This document shows, in pieces, positions 35,308 through 51,822 of a stretch of DNA of 64,000 nucleotides. The notes under the pieces were generated by a model. The model did no database searches. It was not told the DNA's origin and saw only the letters and a program-made list of their open reading frames with translations. Source of the stretch: Piromyces finnis finn (Eukaryota; Fungi; Neocallimastigomycota); NCBI GenBank assembly GCA_002104945.1, contig MCFH01000021.1:434001-498000 (forward strand), written 5' to 3'. Position numbers and translations under genes: made by a program. Each line of letters opens with the position of its first letter. Position 1 is the stretch's first letter.

Positions 35308-35607
35308 TTATTCTACTTTAATAAAAAAATAAAATGAAAATAAATAATTAAATAATTAGCATTTATTTTCATAAATAAAATAAAATAAAATATATATGTT
35401 AGGTTCTTATATATAATGAGCTTTTTAAAACTTAAAAATTAGTAATTTTTCATTTACCATTAAATAATGTAATATATATATTTCTTTAAGAAGAAAAAAA
35501 TATATATATAAAATTGTTTTATTTATATATATTAAAAAATTATATTTATAAATTTTCACCAATTAAATATTTATGGGAATTTGGAAATATAAAAATTCTA
35601 TAAAATA

Positions 35608-35608
35608 T

Positions 35609-35659
<51 letters not shown>

Positions 35660-35704
35660 CTTACTTATTTATTTATTTACTTATTTATTTATTTATTTAT
35701 TCAC

Positions 35705-35735
<31 letters not shown>
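35608..35735. repeat. (TTTA)n microsatellite with TTAC/TTCA variants upstream of PEX4
   Basis: Directly visible. Confidence 0.9.
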
Positions 35736-36612
35736 CTAAAATAATCAGCATTTAATAGATATTTTATCTCTTTAACTTAGAATACAACACCAACTTATTT
35801 AGTACTATTTTTGTTTCACTTTTGTTTATAGATGTATATTTATTTTTGTTCTCTTTTTTTTTTAACTTTTGTTTTGTTTTTAATTCTATATTTTATATTT
35901 ATTTATTTTTATATTTTATTATTTTTCTAAATCAAGTAAAATAATAAAAAAAAGAAAAAAAAAAAAGAAAACATACCTAAAAGTAGGTTTTCTTTTTTTA
36001 AATTTAAAAATATTGATTTCTCTCATACATTTTAAATAACCTAATGTTTAATAAAAGAAATCTATGATTTGTTTATTTTTTTTAATAAAAAAAATTAAGT
36101 ATTAAAAACCTATCTAAAATATATATACTTTAGATAGACCAATTATAAAATAGAAATTTTATTGAATATCAAAAAAAAATGTAGATTTTATTAAAAAAAA
36201 AAAAAAGTGAATAATTAATATAGATAATACTATATATATTGTGTTAATACAAAGAAATATTAACTATGGTATAACTTTTTTTTTTTTTTCTATATTATTA
36301 TTTGAAATATTTGATTAAAAAATTAAAAATTAAAATTCATGAAAAAAATATGTATATCTATCTTTTAATGATAATGAATGAGACAAAATTATATATTAAT
36401 TGTTTGTCTCCTTTTCTATAAACATAAACTACTTTTTTGCTAATTATTTCTTTGCATGTATTTTGAATAAAAATAACTTATATCATACAACCAATGAAGA
36501 AATATATATAATGAAAATAAAAAAAATGGTATATTACTGGTTTCCTTCAAAACTTGATTTTTATAATCTTTATGACTTATTAAGCATTTAAATTATTGAT
36601 TTCCTTTATTAT

Positions 36613-38918
36613 TTAATGTTTTTGTTTTTCAAATGGACCTGGTTCAGGGTACATATACTTTAGGAATGTTCTTAGTTGCTCTCCAGCTTCCGGAAAAGTA
36701 TAATCATCATTCAAATTATACATTAACAATGTTTGGGATTCCATAATTTCTTTAAATAATCTTTCATTATGTCTACAATTATCAAAAATGGCACCAAATG
36801 AAAACAATTTTTTTACATAATCTTCCCTCATAATATGGAAACCATACTTTAATATAGTTCGTACATTTTTTTTAGTTCCGTCTTCATTTCCTTCTTTTCT
36901 TGCTTCTTCAGTATTATCACTAGCATATTCATATGTCATATTATATGTTTTATCTAATTTTTCTTCAAAATCAGTAGCAGAAGCTTGAAAACGTAAATAA
37001 GAAAGCTTGGATATTGGTGGTAATATATCAAAACCATCACGAAAACGATGTGTTAATGTAAGATTAAGATATTCGCTATAAAGTCTACGTGTTGGTTCAT
37101 ATAAATCACGATAAAATACATATGGAGCATGATATAATGAATTAATTTCTATATCTTGACCGAAAAATGACTTTAAACAATGAGTTGTTATGGATTCTGC
37201 AGCCTCAAACTTTTCAGACCATGAAGTCTTAAAAGTTTCTTTATATCCAATTTTTTTATATGCATTAATATCCTTATCTACTCTACGATTTTCCATATAT
37301 ATTATTGGAAAATGGAAATGGCGTGCTGCATTTGGGTAATAAGTTTTACTAAACTTTTTCTCCTCACTCTTTTTAAAGAATTTCATTACCCGTTCACCAA
37401 TATTTAATTGTTCCATCGGATCAGTTGATAATTGTGAATCAACTTTATCCCAAATTGTAAAATCTGAACTCCACTTCTTATTTTCATATTCTTCCTTTTT
37501 AATAAGACCATCATATTCACTATCATTTACATCCAAAATATAAGGTTTTCCATAAATATCCTCCATTACAATAATTGAATCATTCTTATTTTTAATGTCT
37601 GAAGAGTTTTGGATATTTTGATTTTCAATATCATTTATCTCTTTTATTACTTCATCATCATATGCATAATGATACATTGGATCAGGCATTGGAACAAAAT
37701 TATTATAGTCTAATAAACTACGACGATATGCACGTTGTGGAGGTAAATTGTTATTATCTCTTTTCGATTCTCTTTTCTTTGAACCATACAAATAATTCCA
37801 AATATTAGTCTCTGTAATTTGTGTACCTTTTCTATAATGATTATATTTTGTTCTTTCTCTTAAAACTTTATCATTATGACTTAAATGTTTTATTAATGAT
37901 GGATTCAAATTATAAGCTTCACCACCTCCATAAAAAAATAATGATGGATGTACTGGACGTCTAAAGAAATAATCATCGTTTATTTGAATAAATTGTTCAG
38001 ATATACCTTCAATCTTATCTAAATACCATTCAATAGTAAATGAATTAAAAGTTGGATTAACATTTTCTCCTAATGAATTTTTTTCTGGCATTAATGTTGA
38101 TTGATCTATAATTTTTATACGTTCATATTCTGGATCTAACCATTCTGGAACATGATTTGGTGGTGATACTATATATATAGTACCCCTATGCCAAATTAAA
38201 TTTTTTATTAATGAACGAATTGAGTAACGAAGTTCATCTACACATCTATCACGATTATCTGGTTTAGCATTACCTCCATTATATATTGCTTTTTGTTGTA
38301 AATGAATGGGCTCAGATCCATTAATCCATGTATAAACAATAGAAATATTTGCTGCCCATTCCCATTCAGGTTCTAATTCAGGACCACGTATTCCATGTTC
38401 AACGTCATGAGCATAACGAAGATGAAATTCTAATTCTCGCATATCTGGGTAAGCATCTCTCATATTTTTATTAACATGACTAGTTTCTTGATTTAATAAA
38501 TCATTTGCCTCCTCTAACAATAACTTCATTGCTGAAGGACGTATCTCTTCTGGTATGTCTTTTAAATCACCTAATGGATAATAATTTACTTCAATATCCT
38601 ATTATTATTAAAAACAAGTATAAAAATTAATATATATATTCAAATTCTTATAAAATTTATTTAAATTATTACTTTTTGTTGTTGCCTTAGTACATGATAG
38701 TTATTTACTACTGAATCAGTTGTACTTTTTACTGATATTGTTGAGAGATATGATGATATTTCGTTAAAACGATAGTTCAACGTTATTATAAAATATATTA
38801 TTACACCACCAATTGACAATATAACCAATGCAGCACTTGCCAAACTAACTTCTTTTAATTTTGATTTTGATACAGGCTCCAGAGGCATATACTTTGTAGT
38901 TCTATGTGAACTCTTCAT
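36613..38918 (-). CDS. Stealth-family hexose-1-phosphoryl transferase, type II membrane protein, 2 exons (38918-38673, 38598-36613), ~743 aa
   Basis: N-terminal TM (SAALVILSIGGVIIYFIITL). CR1 ISIVYTWINGSEP; CR2 DELRYSIRSL..HVPEWL..PTFNSFTIE..IEGISEQFIQINDDYFF; CR3-like HAPYVFYR; CR4-like YNLNDD. The phase-0 intron joins the two ORFs in frame. Confidence 0.88.
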
Positions 38919-41900
38919 TTTTAAAAATCTTTCATGTATTCTATTCTCAAACATTTTTAGTGTTGTATTATTTAATCTATAGTATTAAACTACTTTAAGT
39001 ATATTGTTTAAGAAAGAATTTTGAAAAAAATATTTCAAATTCTTTTATTATTACTGCTAAACAATTTTTAAATAATAATTTCCCAAATTAATTTATTAAA
39101 ATTATTAATACTGTTAAATACTTTGATTACTTATATTAAAATTTTAATACTAAATTCATTTATTTTCTGATAATCAATTAAAGTACATATTTTATAATAA
39201 GAATTTAACTTTTAAACAATTAGAAGTTTTTTTTAATTATAAATAAGTATCTATAAATAAATTCTTTTCTACTTGAATTATTTTTTGTTTTATTAACTTG
39301 CTATTTTATCTTATTTGTTTTGTTACTTAATTTATTTATTTATTGGATTACGTTCCCTTTGTATTAATTTATTTTATTTTTTTTATTTTTATTTCTATTA
39401 TTTTGTTAATATTTATTTCTACTATTCTATTTTTTTTTAATTATTTTTTCTTTTTTTAATTTAATTTTTGTTTTTTTTTTTTTTGTTTTCTTAATTTATT
39501 GTTATTTGTATTTATTTTTAAAGTATTTGTTTTCTTTCCTCTAAGTTTTCTTAATATTAGTATATTTTAAAATATAAAGATTATATTTAAAAAAAAATAA
39601 AAACATCTATTTTTTTTATATATAAAAAAAAAAAAAGAGAATTTAAAGAAAAGAAATTTATTAAAATATAAAATATAGAAAATATTCTGTTTTTTTAAAG
39701 AAAAAAAAAAATATTTAATAAGCGAATTGGACTATTATTTAAATAAATATTAAAAAATTTAAAAAAAAAAAAAAACTAACAATAAATAACAAATATAATA
39801 TATATTTATGTTTATTTATTATATATATTAATAAATATATATAATATAATTTAATATATAAAGTAATTTATTATTTTTTGATTAATATATAATTTGTACT
39901 ATTAATAATTAATAATAATTATTAAATTGAAATTGAATAGCTGTATATTATCTACTAATAATATTTATATATTATAATTATATATTATATATTAAATTTT
40001 TTTGGTTTATATATTATAAAATTATTAAAATATATTTTTATTTAACTCATAATAAATGTATTATTATATCTATTATTTATTATATTTAATTTTAAACTCT
40101 ATTAAATAATAATGTGAGTCAATATATTAAATTATGAATTAAAATTTATATATTTTACATATATAAAATATAATTTAAATACAAAAGGTAGAATATTGTA
40201 TTCAATAAAAAAATTTAAATAAAAATAAATGACCCAATATATTATATAAATGTAGTAAAAAAAATAACTGAAATTCATTTATTTTATATATGACAATATA
40301 TTGTTATATATGATTAATATGGTTAAATCAATTCTAACACATATTGTAATAATATTTCAATATAAAATAAATACTTTAACTTTATTATATATAATAGGAT
40401 TAATATATAAATGAACAGAAAAAATTACATAATAAAATATATTATAATATGCTATAATAGTATTACAAATTTATTAGTTAAACCTTATTTTGTATAATAA
40501 GTATCAATATCAACAATAATTATAAATATATTGATATATATTGATAATATATTATGCAATTGATTGCGTATATTTTTACATTTAAAATAATAATAAAGGA
40601 AAATAAGAATAATAGGATTAAATATAAAATATATAATAAAAAAAATTAAATACAAAAAATAAATTAAAATATTCCTTTAAAAGCTATAATAATCAAAAGT
40701 AATATTGGTTATTCATCCTCTATTTAGATGTCAAAAGTAATGTTTATATATGAAAAAAAAATAATCAATAATAGCTAAATAATAGAAAAAGGTAAAGTTT
40801 CATATAAATGAAAACTATATATAGAATCTAATATCATAATAAACAGTTTAAGATTTAGTACAATCTTTTTTTCTACTTTTATTTTTGAATTCTAATGGAA
40901 CAATCTATCCTATTTATGAATCTAGATTCATAATAATTCATAATATTCTAATCTATTAATGATGTACAATCATAATTTTATGTAAATTAAAATAAATTAT
41001 AGGAGAAAAACGACAAAGAAAATGAAAAACCTTTTATTTTAATGGATATATTCTTTTCTTTGTAATTGTATAATAGGGAGAGAAATGTATTATTTACATA
41101 ATAATATATTAGTATTAAGTGAAATTTTATTATTCTTTTTATTTTATATTTAATAAAAAAATATTATAATATAGCAATAAATATTAATAAAAGCATTGCT
41201 TTATATATTGATAAGACATAATATTAACTCAACTTTGATAATTATTTCCATACATTATATAACTCCATTTATTTTGCATAGGATATAGGCTTACGGATCA
41301 TAAATGGTTCAACATTCTTTATGTAGATTGCTTCAAAGAAAAATTCAGCAATTGAATTGGACAAAAGTTATTCCTTAAATTTTATTATATATTTCTTTAA
41401 TAATATATTAATAATATATATTTAAATTAAAGTAAAACTTGGTAAATTAATAAAATCAAATAAAAATTTAATTTTATTTTTTAATGATATATTATAAGTA
41501 TAATAATAATTGATGAATTAAATTAAACTACTTTTTTATATTAAAAAGATATAATTAAAATTACATTAATTTTTAATAAAAAGGTATTGTGTAACGGTAT
41601 ATTTTAATTAAAAGGAAATAAGATTTAAAGATATTAAATATTTGTGTAATGAATAAATTAGCCAATAATATTAAGTATCAATAAATTAATAATTTTAAAA
41701 TTTATTTTGAAAGTGTAAATCTTTTTCATATCATTATTAGCAAAAAAAGATAAGATTATGGTGATAGAAGATAACTCAGCTCTTAAATTGCCAACCATTA
41801 CTAACCTCTATAGCAAATATAATTTCTAGCTTACTTTAAATCTTAAGATGGGATCAATAATAAAAAAACAATAATTGACAAAAATTCAAATAATATTTAA

Positions 41901-44054
41901 ATATATTATTTAGGTAAAAGAAATTAATTTGATTTAATGAAAGAAATAACTCATATATTCTTATATAAATTTTATTTCTTCTTATATAACGGAACAATAT
42001 AAAAATAAAAAAAAGGATAAAAATATACAGAATTAAAGTTTTTTAATATTTCAAAGCAAAGATCAAAATTATCTTTTATGATATTATATTTAATATAATA
42101 ACTTTTATGTATATTATGTTTGTTCATACCTATGGTATATGTTTACTAATGTTTATCTAGTGATATCACTTGTTATATTGAAATATTAAAGCTAAAAAAT
42201 TATAAGTATTTTAAATAGATGCTGTTTTGATTTTTTGGAAGATTTTATTTTATTTCTATCCATCATTTATTCTATTAGATTTAATTAATTTTAATTAAAA
42301 TTTGTTTTAATAATATATTGAAGTAATGCGCCAAATAAATAAACTATTTAATTTTAAATATATTTGATAGGTTTAATTTTTTCTTATTTTATATCAATAT
42401 CATATATTTCATTATTATTGAAAAAAGAAATAGATTTATTAATAATAATAATTTTATAAAATAATTAATTATAAATATATGCTATATATCTATAACAGAA
42501 TGTAAAGTAATAAATAGAAATATTCGCTATTATATATTATAAACTCTATTTAATAATGAAAATATGCTATATTTTACACATAACTTTAAATTATTTTTCC
42601 AATAGTATATTATATGTATATTATAAATGAAATATTCATTATCATTTTATTACATTACATTACAATGAATTAATATAAAATGAAATTAATAAAAAGACGT
42701 ATTATCTCATTCCATCTCATTACATTACAATAATTAATTAAATACAATAAATTTAGTAAAGAATGCATAATGTAATATAATGTATTATCAAAAAAGATAT
42801 AATACAATATTTTAAAGTAATATTTATATTAAAATAATCCATTCTACATTCTACCTTTTTTTTTTTATTTACCCAATATAACAACAACAAAAAAAGTTTT
42901 ACATTTTTATGTATTAAAACTTTAATATTCTTAATCTTAACAGAGGTTATTTTAATAAAAAAAAAAAGCATACAATTAATACTATTCTTCTTAATATTAA
43001 TATCATTTAATAATCATTATCTTTAAGGATAGAAAAAATATATTCTAAATTACATTAAAAAATACTTTTTAGTTCTCTAATACTTAAGAAAATAAAAATG
43101 AATTAAAAAAATAAAGTATTTTATTTAATAGAAAAATAACTATTTATTAGATTTTCCAAATGTTATTAAATTTGAAATGTGTTTAAATTAAAGTTTTTAT
43201 TTATATATTTATTTATTTGTTTTTTTTTTTTTTTTGCATAAAATAAAAATAATTTGATTAATTAAAAATATGCTTTTTTTTTGTATTTTTTGTTTAGTGT
43301 TATTATTATTATTAATTCTTTAGTATATAAAAATAAACTATGAAATATAAACGAACAACAATAATAAAAGGCCTATCTTTATCTATAAAAAAAGAGTTTG
43401 TAATTTTTTTTTAGATATTATATTGTTTTTTATATTATATAATCAACATTCCTAAAAATTAAACCATTAATTTTTAATAATTGTAAAGGTCATTATTATT
43501 AAATTACTTAAATCATTATCAAAAAAAACATTATATAATATAATATAATAAAATAAATAAAATTAGTTTTTTTCTCATTAATATGTAAGAATCTTTTAAT
43601 TGAGCTTAAAAAAAAATATCATACTCTTTAAATAATAAAAACATTAATCCTTTTAATATATAAATAATGTATAAAATCTAAGGGTTAAGTGAATAAATAT
43701 TTTCTCATTTTATTTAAAATATTTATTATATATTTAAAATATTAAATATATAAATATATATAATATTTATTTTATATATTTATTATTGAAAATATGATTT
43801 AATATTAGTATTGGGTAAAGTACTAAATATTAATAATTATTATTTATAAGAAAAGTATTCTTGAAGTAATATTAATGTACTATATTAATTTTATATTTAA
43901 AATATGCATTTATTGTGATTTTAATTATTATTATTATTTTTAAAAAGGTGCATTATATTAATAAATATATTAATATTATTTTCATGCATATTAAAATAAT
44001 TGATATTAGTTGCTATTATATTATATGATTTTTCTTTGTAAATAATAATAGCAA

Positions 44055-44100
44055 TAATAATAAATAAATAAATAAATAAATAAATAAATGAATGAATGAA

Positions 44101-44131
<31 letters not shown>

Positions 44132-44132
44132 A
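44055..44132. repeat. (AAAT)n/(GAAT)n microsatellite
   Basis: Directly visible. Confidence 0.85.
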
Positions 44133-44634
44133 ATGTATCAAAAAAAAAAACAAATAAAATTATTTAGTTTATAAAAAAAAAAGTTTTATTTTTTAATGGA
44201 TAATTATTATGATATATCAATATTTAGGTAAAAATTTTTGGAACTTTTAATTATATTACAGTTGGATATTTATAAGAATTAAATGTGAATTACTTAAAAC
44301 AATTAATTATATTGTTATATTTATTGATTTTTTTATTATTATTAAAAGAAGTTAAACGTTAATAATTTAAATTTGAAATATACATTAAAAATGCTGATAA
44401 TAGTTTAATAAAATATTGTTTAAAATAAATTAATAATGATTATATATATTTGGATGAATAAATAACTATATACAAATATGTAAATATATGCTATTTTTTT
44501 TTTTTCTTGATAAAATTATAATTTATAATTATAGATGGATATTAAATACTATTTTACTTTACGATAATAATGTATTTGTTGTAATATTGAAGCTATGAAA
44601 TAATAATATATAGCCATTGTATATAAATATGATT

Positions 44635-45641
44635 TTAAAACTCGTGTTCATTCATTATTGAATAAAACTCTTGCTCATTTACTATTTTGTTTTTAAATAT
44701 AAAAATAATAAAACAATAATTATAATAAAAATCATTATTAATTAATGATAAGTATTTAAATATGGCAATATATATTTTTAAAATATATCTTATTCATAAT
44801 ATATTAAAACTTAATAATAGTTACTTTCACCATCTTGGTCTAAATCAAATTCATCTATCATTGCTTGTAATTCTTCATCATCAAGATCTTCACCAATTTC
44901 TTTAGCTACTTTTTTCAAATTTTTTAAAGAAATTTTTCCTGTATTATCTTCATCAAAAAGGTGGAATGCTTTTTTCATTTCTTCCATAGGATTTCTTTCT
45001 AGTATACGTTCAACCACTTTTTTTAAATAACATTTATTTATATAAAATTTATTAGGTCAGTAATGTTTTATAAAGAAAGCAAATTATAATTAAAAACCAA
45101 GTAAACAATCAATATTAAACAATTGAATTATTTTTTTATTTAATAAATTAAATAAATGAATAAATAATAATAATAATAAAAAAAATAAAGGTAAAATAAA
45201 TTAATAGTATAATAAAAATAGTCATTTTGAATTTATATTATATCATACTTATTTTATAGAAATCATCATAGTCAATTAAACCTTTTCCATTTTTATCATG
45301 TTCTCTTAAAATTTTTAAAACTTCTGATTTTTTAACTTCAAAACCTAATGCACGCATAGCAACCTTTTTTAAAAGTTTAAATTAAAAAATAGTTATAATA
45401 AAAAATTAATTAAATATATATTATTTTAAATACTATATAGACTATAATATAATGTGCGATTATTAATAAGATTTAATACTATAAATATATATATATATTT
45501 TATTACCTTCAATTCATGGTAATCTAAAGCGGAATCCTTATCTGTATCAAATAATTCAAATGCTTCTTTAATTTCAAGTTTTTGCTCTTCGGTTGCTTCT
45601 TGTCTGAAGTTTCTTAATTTTTGTTTATATAATATAGACAT
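44635..45641 (-). CDS. CDC31: Centrin (centrin-3/Cdc31 type EF-hand protein), 4 exons
   Basis: [28 protein letters not shown]|[29 protein letters not shown]|[57 protein letters not shown]|[24 protein letters not shown] and ILERxP are Cdc31/CETN3 signatures. Confidence 0.93.
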
Positions 45642-45997
45642 TTTTCTATTTATTTATTTAAAATTATTTACAAATTTGTTATTTTTATTTTTTTTTCTTA
45701 TTAATTATATAATTAAAAGAAGAATACTTTTTTTTTTTTTTTTTATTTTTTTTTAACAGTTTTAATTAATTTTTTTAATTAAAATTTTATTCTTAATAAT
45801 AAATAAGGTTTATAAAATACAAAAAATAATTATAAAATGGAAAGAAAATTTTATAAAAATTTAATTTAAAAAATTATTTAACTGATAATTTTAATATTTT
45901 CTTTCTTTTTTCCTTTTTTTTTTTTTATTATAAGGCTTTATTTTTTTTTAAAGAAGATCATATTTTAATTATAATGATCATGTTATATATTTTACAT

Positions 45998-48852
<2,855 letters not shown>

Positions 48853-48986
48853 TTCAATAAATAAATCACAAGAAAAAAAATATATTTTTAAATTAATTTT
48901 TAATCTAATTTAAAATAAAAGAATACTTTCAAAAATTATAAAAAAATTTCGTGTAACATAAACATTGTATAATGATATTAGTATTT

Positions 48987-50378
48987 TCATTTTTTGGTCC
49001 ATAAATAGCAAATAGCAAATCCATTATCTACAATTTCTCTTATATGAATATTTTTATTAAACATTTTATTAAAAAGATCACATTTTTTTTTCATCACTTA
49101 AATCATAAAAGTCTTGAACGAGAAAATGCTGATTATAAAGTGTATATCTTTCTGGATAACACTCTTTATGTTTATCTTCTTTATCTGGAATTATGGCATA
49201 TTTATTATCTGATACATATACAGTTGGTGATTGCTTCCATCTTTTATCTGTACAAACACCCATAGCTGGTATTTTTACCTCTTTACCTATAGTTACTGTA
49301 GAATTTGTATTATCATTATAATAAATTGTATAACTAAATTTATTACGTTCATATAAAATAATTTTACCTCTTACTTCACCAAGTTTTAGAAATACATTAT
49401 TACTATCTTTAGAATTATCAACAAAGAAATAATCTTTATATAATTTATTGTATTTTTTGGAGTTATTATTTACAGTAATATCAGCAATTGCTTTATAGAA
49501 ATCACTTCTTTCAAAATGACCTTTTTCTTTAACAGTACCATCATTATTATATTCTGTGAGACTTACTTTTTCTTCCTTTAAATGGATGATAACTGTTTCA
49601 GTAGGATTAAGGTGTAAAAAATCAATAATTTCATCAAATACATCAGTTAAAAAACATAAATTACCTGTTTTTAAATTAGTACAATCATATCCATTATGAG
49701 TAACATATACTTGCTTATATTTATTAGTTTCCAGTCTTATATCTAAATACCTAATTCCATGCATTAATTGTTAGTATATATCTAAATTTTGAGTTTTACC
49801 CATATTAGATCTAAAACCATGTATTAAAGGTATAGAATTATGATGTATAGCATAAGTTCCACTATCATGAGTTCCAGGAATATTTATTTGATTAAGAACT
49901 AAAGTTTCATTAAGTTTACTCATCCAGTTAGCATCATTTTCTTCATAAGTAAAATCACACCAACCATATTCAGTTAATGCACGATTATTATCATGATCAA
50001 TATCATAATAACGTACTGTTGGATTTGAAATTATTTCTCCATTAGTTGTTGCATCACCTTTACCATCACTTGTATAATAACATTGTTCTTTAATAATAAC
50101 TTTACCCTTGTACGTATATTGATCAGGATCTACTCTACTAGATGGACCAAATGAACCATCAACTACTTCAGATTTATAATAACAATTATACGCATCATCA
50201 CTAATTCCCCAAAAACCTTCATATACACTTTTACATATATATGTTTTTATACAATCTTTAATACTAAATAAATAAGCCTCATTAGGAACATTATCTAATA
50301 CAAAATATTTACCTACATCTTTAGCACTTAATACATAGCTAATAGATATAAATAAAATATTAATAAAAATAACTTCAT
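48987..50378 (-). pseudogene. Disrupted, intronless, secreted bacterial-type phosphatidylinositol-specific phospholipase C (PI-PLC X domain)
   Basis: Motifs NIPGTHDSG, TQNLDIY*QLMHGIRYLDIRL, VTHNG, PTETVIIHLKEE, LGEVRGKIIL and VQDFY. In-frame TAA at 49773-49771. The ATG at 50378 is out of frame with the body (frameshift near the T4 run at 50357-50354). A further frameshift is possible in the A9 run at 49091-49083. Confidence 0.8.
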
Positions 50379-50638
50379 TTCAATATCTTAATAATTATTA
50401 TAATTTTTTTTAATTATTTAGGTAACAAAATATCATTTTAAAAACATATATTAAAAATATTAAAATTTATTTTATAATAATTATTTAAATATTATAATAA
50501 TATTTAGGATAAATTATTTTATTTATAATAATTTTTTAATTTCATTAAATATATTTAAATTTTATTATCATTCTAATTAAATTAAAATACATGTATTAAT
50601 AATTAAAAAATTTTATTTTTAATATTATCTATTCATTT

Positions 50639-51364
50639 TCAACCTTTTTTTTTATAACATTTTATACAGCAACAACAGCAACAACAAATAATAATTATTA
50701 AAATAATAAATAATATACCATAAAAGCAAAGTTTTTGAATACCTAAGTCAATTACATCAGTATCAGAAGGTATATAACGAATATCAGAGCATGTTATTCC
50801 TTTACAACTATTAAATGAACAGTCAGAATCTTTTAAACAAATTTCACCAAGCATTCGACCACAATTTAAATATTCTTTACCATGTGAAAATATACTAGGC
50901 TTTGTATATACGATATCACAACGTTCAACATTTGCCTTAATATTATGTTCACAAGTATTTTCAATACATTTATTTAAAAAACATTGACTATCAGTTGTAC
51001 AATTAGTAGAAACATGAATATTTATATTGTTATTAGATTCAATAAATTCTGATATAATATTCCTATGGCCAGATGTATAAGGAATTAAAATATATTTATG
51101 AATATATCCATTTTTATCTGGGAGTTCAATAAAAGGTTTAATATCACCATCATTTATACATACACATACATCATCTTTACAATATAATGGTTTATTATAT
51201 CCACAATCTTTTTTTGAATTTACTATAGAATTTGTTTCATCAAAATGATAAATTAATTCATCTGGAATATCATTAGATTCAATACTTATAATACGAGTAT
51301 ATCCATTTTGAAAAAACAAAATACAAAATATATATGTAAATACCACGAAAATAGTGTTTTTCAT
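50639..51364 (-). CDS. Intronless Cys-rich type I membrane protein (signal peptide, Cys-rich ectodomain, C-terminal TM, poly-Cys tail)
   Basis: 241-aa ORF with a hydrophobic N-terminus and Cys clusters (CGYNKPLYCKDDVCVC, CTTDSQCFLNKCIENTC, CGRMLGEICLKDSDCSFNSC). The TM (LCFYGILFIILIIII) is followed by CCCCCCIKCYKKKG*. Confidence 0.82.
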   Translation of the reverse strand: MKNTIFVVFTYIFCILFFQNGYTRIISIESNDIPDELIYHFDETNSIVNSKKDCGYNKPLYCKDDVCVCINDGDIKPFIELPDKNGYIHKYILIPYTSGHRNIISEFIESNNNINIHVSTNCTTDSQCFLNKCIENTCEHNIKANVERCDIVYTKPSIFSHGKEYLNCGRMLGEICLKDSDCSFNSCKGITCSDIRYIPSDTDVIDLGIQKLCFYGILFIILIIIICCCCCCCIKCYKKKG

Positions 51365-51822
51365 TATTTTTATTTTATATAAATTATATAAAATAAATTT
51401 TTAGGATAAATATAATAATATTATGTATAAATTTTAGTTTGATTTTTAATAATGTATTTATAAATCATTTTATTCTGTTATTATATCAAAATATTTTTTA
51501 ATAGTCCCGAATATATTTCATGAATATTCTTTTATAGTTATGATAGAAGAAATTAACTTTTTATATTTTTTTTAAAATATTTATAACCAATCGTATTCCA
51601 ATACAATGTTACACTAATATTTATTACTTCAATAAGTAGAATATTCTATAAACCTAAATAATCCATATTATAATTTTTTTTTATTATAATATATAGATAT
51701 GTATATATATACATTTGTTTGTTTTATTAATACAGATATGATGATAGTAATTTTATTTTTATTATTTAGAAAAAGATATATTTAGAAAAAGATATTTAAA
51801 TAATTCTTTTTATACTATTATT

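Noticed and set aside
40285-40311. AT-only palindrome ATATATGACAATATATTGTTATATAT
   Set aside because: Expected by chance at this base composition; no associated transposon termini.
41758-41829. Short ORF MVIEDNSALKLPTITNLYSKYNF in a slightly GC-richer patch
   Set aside because: Only 23 codons, with no motif and no splice chain.
49771-49773. In-frame TAA as evidence of stop-codon reassignment
   Set aside because: TAA terminates many conserved genes in this window (POL3, RPT5, BDF1, WDR89, PEX4), and the same gene has an independent frameshift.
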